NCBI RefSeq assembly: GCF_036321535.1
Contig: NC_087437.1
Span: forward strand, 52,268,001 to 52,332,000
Length of the DNA: 64,000 nt
From: Camelus dromedarius
Lineage: Eukaryota
Direction: 5' to 3'
Position numbers and translations under genes: made by a program. The notes under the pieces were generated by a model. That model saw only the letters and a program-made list of their open reading frames with translations, was not told the DNA's origin and ran no database searches. Shown here piece after piece: positions 54,321-64,000 of this stretch. Each line of letters opens with the position of its first letter. Position 1 is the stretch's first letter.

Positions 54321-55094
54321 CAATTGCTGATATAGGAGTAGCATTTTAGTACTAATGCCTTTTTGTGCATTTGGACTCCTAGGAGACTCAGTATTTCCTT
54401 TCACTTTATACTACTACTTGTGACAAAGGAATTAACAGCTAATAGCAGTTTGACTTTTGGTCTAATTAATGAGATTATTTTTTATTTAATTGCATAGAGA
54501 AAACCTATGGGCCTGATGGGTATTTTATTTAATATTCTAATAGCATCTACTCTCACACCCAGGCTGTTACAGCATTTAAGCTTGATTTAACCTCATGCTA
54601 ATAGATTGTATTAAATGTTTCTCCTTGAAATTTTTTTTTAACATTTATTTTCTGGCTTAATGAAAAACAAAAAACTCCTGCTTAGTTAAGCATTGTTTGA
54701 GGACTCAGTGGAGATAGGCTGTAGTGAATGTAGTTAGCATGACTGGGAGTTTGATGGTCTCCAGAAGAGAAAGTACCACTTTTCTTTTCTCTGAATAATC
54801 AAATTTATCTGTAATGATTTAAGATAAACCATAAGGATTAACTTACTCAACTGTTTCCCTAAAAAGAGATATTATTAGTTAGGAATAGATAACTTTTATA
54901 GTATCCATGAACAGTAGGTAATGGCTTCCTCTTCCAAAGGTTGTATATTACAATTCATTGGTGAGGAACTAATTCTTTAGTGCTTTACTAAGTTGTGATC
55001 AGCATTTAAAAAAAAAAAGTACGCAGAAAATTTCGCAATGCATCCCACATGGTAAGAGTAAATATTATTTTAGTTATCTTCCTATTATCTCTTA

Positions 55095-55462
55095 ATAGTC
55101 AGTCCCAGCCACTCTGGTCTCCCAGCTGATCCTCAAAATGCAAAGCTTGCTTCTACTTCAGGAACTTTGTGCTTGATATTCTCTGTGCCTAGAATGCTCT
55201 TGCCTTAGATATCTATGTGGTTTAATCCCTCATCTTCAGATCCTTCAGGTCACGATATGTCACCTCAGTGAGGGTCTCTCTGGCATCTTATTAAAAATTG
55301 TAACCTCACCACCACCCCATGGTATTCCTATTCCTCTCCTCTGCTTTATTTTCCTCCATGGTAGTTATCTCTGACTGACATCCTATTCACCAACGTTTCC
55401 CCCAGCACCTAGAACAGTGCCTTACATATGATAGGCACTTAGAACATATTAAGTGGATGAAT
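55095..55462 (+). mobile_element. L2 LINE 3' end
   Basis: ctctgtgcctagaatgctctt, tcacctcagtgaggg, cccagcacctagaacagtgcc. Confidence 0.75.
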
Positions 55463-56510
55463 TTAACTGGTATTCACAGGGGTACACATTTGGGACAATG
55501 AGACCTATAAACCGAATTATATGATCTTAGTATTTTTGAATGATTTCAAAAGATAAGTTAATTAAATTTATTTATAGCTTGTTTTATTCTAAAAAATATT
55601 TGAAGTGGCTTCTAAAAATGCATATAGTACAATGGGATGAAGAGAACAAAACAAAGAGAATATGATAGTAGCATTAAACTAGGTAAAGTCCTCCATAGTG
55701 ACTAAAAGCAGATTGTAAATTTGACTCATTAAAGAGTTAGCTTGCAGGGAAGTGATAATTGAACTCGAATTGTAGACTTTATTCTGTGGCACAGGTCACA
55801 GGCATTTGATTCTTACATAGAAACCCAGAAAACCTATTTGATTTTAACTAAGAACTTGTGGGGTTACTCTTAAAAAAAAACTTGCTGTATTTATTAGGAA
55901 ATTTCCTATTGGTATAAAACATGCACAGTCTATCCATAATAAAGCCTCTGCTATGTCTGAGAGGTGACAGTCATGGCTATCAACCTCTGCTTCTCTTGTG
56001 TTTAGGACATTTCCAAGCTTGACTCAAACTTAGTAATTGGATATTTTTGAAAGTCTGCTGTCAAAGATACCAACCAGGATATCAGTTACTCTAATTTCTC
56101 CTACTCTATTCATGAGGTAGTATGGGATTCCAATGGTTGTGTCCTCCTTTTAAGATAAGTAATTGGAGACTTAGAAATAGGTTTTTTGTCTTGCAATATA
56201 TGCACATATCAAATAATTGTATTGTATAGTTAAACTAATATAAAGTTCTATGTCAATTATATATTCACAAAACTAGGGGGGGAAAAGAAATAAGATTTTA
56301 TACAATCAACTACTGGATTGGGGTGGAGGATTGGGAGTTAAGCAGGTGAATTAGACTTTAAGAAATCTTTCACCAGTATATAACCAAAATCAGAGCTGCC
56401 TTGTGTACATGTGGAGTTAAGTGGGACATTAGACAATAGTACATGTCTTTGTGTTCATGGGATGTATACTCCTAATTCTATTTGGTCTTTTTTTGTCTTT
56501 TGAAACAAAG

Positions 56511-57640
56511 AAATGAAATGAATGAAAACACAACAAAGCTGAGAATTGTGGAGAAACCTGCAGACCGGAGATAAAGTGGGGGGGTGTGAGTGAGGGTGGA
56601 CTGTAGACCTTTCAGTAATCTGCAGTACTTCCTTAAACAAAGCTGGCATTTTGAGGCAAAAGAAGACAATATTTAGCTAAGTGGTGTTCCACTGGCAGAA
56701 TGTACTTTTATTTGACTTTTTCTTTTTTTTACCTTTCTCCTTCCTATTTTTGACTTGGAGGTAAACGTACTTTCGAAGGTCAAATCTGCCCTGCCCCATT
56801 TTTCAGGTTGAAAGAAGGGAACTAAATGAACATTAGACTTTGAGGGAAATAATGAAAGTGTGGATTTAAAAAAATCATTTATGTTCCACATTTTTCAAGG
56901 AAAAAATATGAGAAGACATAATAAGAACACCACAGAACCATTAAGATGAGCGATTTGCATAAAGGGAAAGTAATTTTACCAAAAGCTTTATGTATAACAT
57001 ATTGCTAGTTAAATGATAATGGGGTTATATTTAATCTCTAAGTATACATTATTCTAACTAATTTAAAAAGTGCTAATTGAATGTCCTTTAACTATTTTAC
57101 TTATTTGATGGAACTTTATGTTCATTTTTAAAGAAATCAAGCATCTCTTCAGTTTGGCATTTGATGAGTAACAGTAGAAAACCTGAGAACAGACAGAACT
57201 ATCAGTGTAAAAATAACGCAGAGGTCATCATATCTTCTGGCATAAGTGGTGTAGAAGCAGAAAGATCTTGTTTTCAGTAAAAGTGTTGAAGTGGCAGAAA
57301 AAAATATCCCCCAACTTCTTTGCTGACACAAATTTTGCTATAGTGAGGACAAAAAATATTTCCAGGCTTTTAACTTGATATTCCCAAAATGTGTTACTCA
57401 GAATGCCTGACACAGCTAAAGGAGACTTTGTAAAACAAAGAGTTCTAGAATGACATAAGTTTGGAAAATAATTGCATTCTTTTTTGGAAATTTATAGTTC
57501 AAATTAGCATTTTCAAAACCCATGTGTGGCCAGAACAGTTGTTGGCTCATAAAATTGTAGTAACCCTTGGAGTAGGGTTTCAGGAAATGCTGTTCTAGAT
57601 TAAAAAATAAATTTAATATATATACACACACATGTACACG
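56511..57640 (+). other. Candidate further (possibly terminal) exon of the plus-strand transcript
   Basis: Branch-like CTAAT (56472-56476), pyrimidine tract, first AG at 56509-56510; ~1.1 kb of repeat-free AU-rich sequence follows, with AATAAA at ~57606; possible internal donor GTGAGT at 56586. Confidence 0.4.
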
Positions 57641-57819
57641 TGTATACTAATATATTCTACAACAATATTTGATATACTTTTCAGTAAATAAATCCAGATT
57701 ATCAGTGAAATTTTGATCCAATATCCTTAATGAAATATTAAATATAAATATAAAATATTAAAATATTCCAAAATTCATGTATATGTAGTAAATTGAATGT
57801 GTGGGCATTAAATAATTTG

Positions 57820-58270
57820 TGCAGCATTGACATAGTCACTTATCTTTTCCTGGACATACTTTATTTGGCCTCCAGAATATCACACCCTTTGGGCTTTCCT
57901 CCTAGTTCTCTGACTATTCCTTCTAGGCTCCTCTGTTGGTTTCTTCTCATTTTCTTGACCTCTAAACACTGGAGTGCCCTAGAGCTCAATCCTAGGACCT
58001 TATCTCTTTTCTACCTAGACTCATTTGTCTAACGATCTTATCTGTTCTAAGGGCTTTAATACCATATTTATTAGAAAATGTTTATCTCCAACCTGGACCT
58101 CTCCTCTGAACTCCAGACTTGTATATACATTTGCCAACTTAACTTTTCCATTTGTATGTCTAATATTCATTTGAAACTTGACATGTTCAAAATTGAACAC
58201 CTAATCTTCCCTTCTATCAAACTTCTTTTTAGTTTTTTATCTCAGCAACAGCCAGTTCCATCATTCCTGC
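57820..58270 (+). mobile_element. L2 LINE fragment
   Basis: atctccaacctggacctctcctctgaactccagactt...aaacttgacatgttcaaaattgaac. Confidence 0.75.
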
Positions 58271-58424
58271 TTCACTGCTCCATGCCTTTCTCTTAGCTTC
58301 TGGTATTTGCTGGCAATCTTTGGTGTTGCTTGCTTTGTGGCAGCATAACTCTAATTTCTGCCTCCATCTCCACATGGCCGTCTTCCTTATGTGTGTGTAT
58401 CTCTGTCTCTGTTTTCTCTCTCTC

Positions 58425-61400
58425 AACATCTTAACCATTTAAGTGTGCAGTACTGTAGTGTTACCTGTATGCACATTGTGCAGCACACCTCCAGAACATT
58501 TTTATCTTGCAAAACTGAAACTCCATACAACTCCTCTTTTCTTCTTCCTCCTAACCCCAGCAACTATCATTCTACTTTATGTTTCTAAGAGTATGACTAC
58601 TCTAGATCCCTCATATAAGTGGAATCATGCTGTATTTATCTTTTGGTGACTGGCTTATTTCACTAGTATAATGCCCTCCAGATTTACCCATGTTGTAGCA
58701 TATGACAGGATTTCTTTCTTTTTAAGGCTGAATAATATTTCACTGTATGTATGTATTTTCTTTATCCATTCATCTATTGATGGACATTTAGCCTGCTTTC
58801 CCCTCTTGGCTGCTGTGAATAATGTGCAGTGAACATGGAAGTGCAAATGTCTTTTCAAGATCCTGCTTTCTGTTATTTTGGCTGTATACACAGAAGTGGG
58901 ATTGCTGGATCATATTGTAGTTTGTCTATTTTCTTTTTTGAGGCACTTCTATACTGTTTTCCAGAGCGGCTGCATTATTTTACATCATTCCACCAATGGT
59001 GCACAACGGTCCCAATTTCTCCATACACTCACCAACACTTGTTAATTTTCTGGGGTCTTTTTGGTGGGGATGAGGGGGGCAGCATCCAGCCTATTGGATG
59101 TGAAGTATTATCTCATAGTAGTTTTGATTTGCATTTCACTGATAATTAGTAAATTTGAGAATCTTTTTATGTGTTTACTGGTCATTTGTGTATCTTCTTT
59201 GGAGAAATGTCTATTCAAATTCTTTGCTCATTTTTAAATCAGATTATTTTGTTGTTGTAGGGCATTCTTTATATATTCTGGATATTAACCCCTTGCTAGA
59301 TACATGGTTTGCAGATTTTCTCCCATTCTGTAGGTTGCCTTTTCACTCAGTTGATTGTTTCCTTTACTGTGCAGAAATTTTTTAGTTTGATGTAGTCCCA
59401 TTGCTTCTGTTGTCTGCACTTTTGATCTCATATCCAGAAAATCATTGCCAAATCAAATGTCACGACTTTTTGCCTATGTTTTCTTCTATAGGTTTTATAG
59501 TTTTAGGTCTTATGTTTAGGTATTTAATTCATTTTGAGTTAATATTTGTATGTGGTATAAGGTAAAGGGTCCAAATTCATTCTTTTGCCTGTGGATATCC
59601 AGTTTTCTCTATACTATTTGTGGAAGAGACTATCCCTTGCCCATTGTGTAGCCTTGGCTCCCTTGTTGAAGATAATTTGACTGTAAGTGAGTGTTTATTT
59701 TGGGGTTTTCTATTTTTTTCCATTGGTGTAAATGTCTGTCTTTATACCAGTACTGTACTGTTTTGATTAATGTAGCTTTGTAATATATTTTGAAGTCAGG
59801 AAATGTGAAGCCTCAAGCTTTGATTTTCTTTTGCAAAATTGTTTTGATTATTCAGGGTCCTTTGAGATTCCATATAAAATTTTTTTTCCTATTCCTGCAA
59901 AAAATGCCATTGAGATTTTGATAAGGATTGCATTAATTTGTAGATTGTTATGGGTAGTATGGACATCTTAACAATATTAAGTCTTCCACTCCATGAACAA
60001 AGGATGTCTTTCCACTTATTTGTGCCTTCTTTAATTTCTTTCATCAGTGTTTTATAGTTTTCAGTGTACAAGTCTTTTGCCTCATTAAGTTTATTCCTAA
60101 GTATTTTATTCTCTTTGATGCTGTTGTAAATTGGATTTAGTTAATATTCTTTTCGTATTATTCCTTGTTAGTGGTTTTATGTGTTGTTTCTATATCCTGC
60201 AACTTTGCTAAATTCATTTATTGGTTCTAATATTTGTGTGTGTGTGTGTGAGATCTTTAGTGTTTTCTACATGTAAGATCATGTTTTCTGTGAACAGGGA
60301 TAATTTTACTTCTTCCTTTCCAATTTGGATACATTTTATTTCTTTTTCATACCTAATTGCTCTGTGACTTCTAGCACTATGATGAATAGAAATGGCAAGA
60401 GTGGGCATCCTTGCTTTGTTTCTGATCTTAAAGGGAAAGCTTTCAGTTTTCACCACTATGATGTTAACTATGGACTTTTTTTATATGGCCTTCATTATGT
60501 TGAGATAATTTCCTTTGAAGTTTGTGGAGTATTTTTTTTATCACGAAAGGGTGTTAAATTTTGTCAAATGCTTTTTCTGCATCAATTGAGAGGATCATGT
60601 GGATTTTGTTCCTCATTCTGTTAATGTGATGTATTACATTAATTGATTTTCATATGTTGAACCAACTTTGCCTTCCAGGAATAAATCCCTTTTGGTCATG
60701 TGGTGTAATCCTTCTAATGTGTTGTTGAATTTGGTTTGCCAGTAATATGTTGAGGATTTTTACATCAAATATTTATCATGGAATATTGGTGTGTTGTTTT
60801 CTTGTACTATCTTTGTCTCATTTTAGAATGAGGGTAATCCTGGCCTCATAAAATGAGTTTGGTAGTGTTCCCTCCTCTTCGGTTTTTTTTGGAAGAGTTT
60901 GAGAAGGACTGATGTTAACTCTTCTTTAAATGTTTGGTAGAATTCTCCAGGGAAGCCATCTGGTCCTGGGCTTTTCTCTGTCAGAGAGTTTATGATTCGT
61001 GATTCAATATTTTTACTAGTTGTAGGTCTGTTTAGATTTTCTATTTCTTCATGCTTCAGTTTTGGTAGGTTGTATGTTCCTAGAAAAATATCTATTTCTT
61101 CTAGGTTATCCAATTTATTGATGTATAATTGTTCATAGTAGATTCTTCCAATTCTTTCTGTTTTTGTGATATCAGTTATAATGTCTTCTTTCATTTCATA
61201 TTTTTGTTATTAGAGTCTCTTTTTTTCCTTAATCTAGCTAAGAGGTGTCAATTTTGTTGATCTTTTCAAGAAATCAGCTGTTTCACTGACTTTTTTCTAT
61301 TCTCCATTTTGTTTATCACTGCACTAATCTTTATTATTTCCTTCCTTCTGCTAATTGGGTGTAGTTTGTTCTTTTTTTCTAGTTCCTTGAGATATAAAAT

Positions 61401-63915
61401 TAGATTGTTGATTTGAGATCTCCCTTCTTTTTTCACATAGGCATTTACTGCTGCAAACTCCCCTCTTAGTACTGCTTGTGCTGCATCCCATAACTTTTGG
61501 TATGTTGTGTTTTCATTCTCATTTTCATTTGTCTCAAGATATTTTCTAATTCCCCATGTGATTTCTTTGATGCATTGGTTGTTCATGAGTGTGTTGTTTA
61601 ATTTCCACATATTTGTGAATTTTCCCATTTGTATTCTTCAGCTCCAGAAGTTGTTTGGTTCTTTTTTATACTTTCTTTGTTGATAGTATCATTTTGTTTA
61701 TGCATCATTTTCCTGATTTTCTTTAATTATCTATCTGTGTTCTTTTGTAGCACACTGAGCACCTTTAAGATAATTGTCTTCATTCTTCTCCAGTTAATTC
61801 ATGAATTTCCATCTCTTTAGGGTCAGTTTCTGAACGTTTATTTTGTTCCCTTGATTGAGCCATGTTTCCCTTTTTCTTCATATGTCTTGTTATTTTTTTG
61901 CTGGGATTTGCACATTTGAAAAAACCACTACATTTCCAAGTTCTACAGACTGGCTTCACCAATCAGCCCTAGTAAAGATTTTGGGAGCCTCTCAAACCTT
62001 ATATGAAGATACATCTTCTCTGGACTTGTGTGTATGTCCCCTCCCAATTGAAGAGGTTCACCAGTTTCTTTTTCAGGAGTTTGTAATCTTTTTGCTCCCT
62101 CTGGTGTTGGCCTATGGAATTGCAGATTTTCTGGTGCTACAGTTAGCCTCTGTGCTCTGCCCTGTTCTCAGTTCTCAGTGGCATCCAAAGTCTGCCCATT
62201 TCCTCAGCACTCCAAGTCAGGTGAGACAGAAACCGGTTCCTCAGGCAGTCACTCAAAAAGCTTATGTTTAACATACATTCTACTCTTCTCTTTCCCACCT
62301 GATGGAGAAGCTGTGAGTTAGGCTTTTAATCCTGATCGCACCAAACTTTGCCAGATAGGTTGGAGGGCTTTCATAGGTGAAGTGAAATGGCTTACTTACC
62401 CATTTCAATGTGACTGTTCTTGGCTTTAAGCATGCCTGGAGTACTGACTTCTTAATTGGTTCTGGGGGTTGTATAAAGGCTTTTTATACCATATATGGTT
62501 GTTAAGTCTGTGTCTCTGGAGGGCCACTAGATCTGGGGCTTCCTATTTTTTTTTTTAACATTTTTTGTTGATTTATAATAATTTTACAATGTTGTGTCAA
62601 ATTCCAGTGTAGAGCACAATTTTTCAGCTATATATGAACATATATATATATACATTGTCACATTTTTTTCTCTGTGAGCTACCATAAGATCTTGTATATA
62701 TTTCCCTGTGCTATACAGTATAATCCTGTTTATCTATTCTACATTCTGAAATCCCAGTCTATCCCTTCCCACCCCCCCCACCCCCTTGGCAACCACAAGT
62801 TTGTATTCTATGTCTATGAGTCTGTTTCTATTTTGTATTTATGCTTTGTTTGTTTGTTTGTTTTTATATTCCACATATGGGCGATCTCATATGGTATTTT
62901 TCTTTCTCTTTCTGGCTTACTTCACTTAGAATGACATTCTCCAGGGACATCCATGTTGCTGCAAATGGCATTATGTTGTCAGTTTTTATGGCTGCATAGT
63001 ATTTCATTGTATAAATATACCACTTTATCCAGTCATCTGTTGATGAACATTTAGGCTGTTTCCATGTCTATTGTAAATAGTGCTGCTATGAACATTGGGG
63101 TGCAGGTGTCATTTTGAAGTAGTGTTCCTTCTGGATATATGCCCAGAAGCAGGATTCCTGGGTCATATGGTAAGTCTATTCCTAGTCTTTTGAGGAATCT
63201 CCGTACTGTTTTCCACAGTGGCTGCACCAAACTGCATTCCCACCAGCAGTGTAGGAGGGTTCCATTTTCTCCACAGCCTCTCCAGCATTTGTCATTTGTG
63301 GACTTTTGAATGATGGCCATTGACTAGTGTGAGGTGATACCTCATTGTAGTTTTGATTTGCATTTCTCTAATAATTAGTGATATTGAGCATTTTTTCATG
63401 TGCCTATTGATCATTTGTATTTCTTCCTTGGAGAATTGCTTGTTGAGGTCTCTGCCCGTTTTTGGATTGGGTTGTTTGTTTCTTTCTTGTTAAGTCATAT
63501 GAGCTGCTTATATATTCTGGATATCAAGCCTTTGTCAGTTTCATTTGCAAAAATTTTCTCCCATTCTGTAGGTTGTCTTTTTGTTTTACTTACAGTTTCC
63601 TTTGCTGTGCAGAAGCTTGTAAGTTTAATTAGGCCCCATTTGTTTATTCTTCCTTTTATTTCTATTGCTTGTGTAGACTGCCCTAGGAGAACATTTTTGA
63701 GATGTATGTCAGATAATGTTTTGCCTATATTTTCTTCTAGGAGGTTTATTGTATCTTGTCTTATGTTTAAATCTTTGATCCATTTTGAGTTTATTCTTGT
63801 GTATGGTGTAAGGGAGTGTTCTAGCTTCACTGCTTTACATACTGCTGTCCAGTTTTCCCAACACCATTTGCTTGGGGCTTCTTATTCTGCCATCTTGCTG
63901 ACTCTCTGTGGAGGA
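58425..63915 (-). mobile_element. Large old L1 (L1MA/MB-like) retaining both ends, internally deleted, ORFs disrupted
   Basis: ORF2p fragments in the ORF track (61266..61628, 60823..61194 with [18 protein letters not shown], 60214..60456, 59889..60071); ORF1p N-terminus (61780..61962); 5' start cagcaagatggcagaata near 63900. Confidence 0.9.
62548..63872 (-). mobile_element. Young camelid L1, 5'-truncated (~1.3 kb), inserted in the 5' UTR of the old L1
   Basis: ORF2p C-terminal fragments (63495..63830; 63051..63320 with [17 protein letters not shown] zinc knuckle); poly-T end; TSD tggggcttcctatt (62534-62547) / tggggcttcttatt (63873-63886). Confidence 0.95.
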
Positions 63916-64000
63916 ATGATATCTCCACACTTTTTCTTATAAGGACTCCAGTCATGTTGGATTAGAGATCACCCTATTCGAGTATGACCTCATCTTGATT

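Larger units (their letters stand above)
58275..64000 (-). mobile_element. MLT1C-like MaLR LTR split in two (~58275-58420 and ~63920-64000) by the large L1
   Basis: Left: agcttctggtatttgctggcaatcttt...ctctaatttctgcctccatctccacatggc; right: cttataaggactccagtcatgttggattag...gtatgacctcatctt, the co-linear continuation. Confidence 0.7.

Noticed and set aside
63400..63942. 180-aa hydrophobic plus-strand ORF (also 29990..30451 and 61855..62271)
   Set aside because: Antisense reading of L1 sequence

Overview
Mammalian genomic DNA, almost certainly camelid, judged by six copies of the tRNA-derived vic-1-type SINE and two young, near-identical L1 3' ends. The minus strand carries coding exons 1-6 of EHHADH (peroxisomal L-bifunctional enzyme, MFE-1). 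The exons are 74+104+173+112+105+342 = 910 nt, all junctions are GT-AG, and the frame is continuous (codons 1-303). The last exon lies off the left edge of the window. About 8 kb upstream of the EHHADH ATG is a divergent CpG-island promoter (~45.5 kb) followed by at least two short, ATG-rich, apparently non-coding exons. By synteny this is most likely the distal promoter and 5' leader of MAP3K13. The rest is mostly interspersed repeats (L1, L2, MIR, MaLR/ERVL LTRs, hAT MITEs), often nested. There is no prokaryotic-type system and no CRISPR array. The best leads are a spliced small ORF/uORF cluster in the plus-strand leader, unusual substitutions around the EHHADH hydratase site, upstream ATGs at the EHHADH start, and several odd retroposon architectures. 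Repeat subfamily names and cross-species comparisons come from recalled consensus and orthologue sequences, not from a search.
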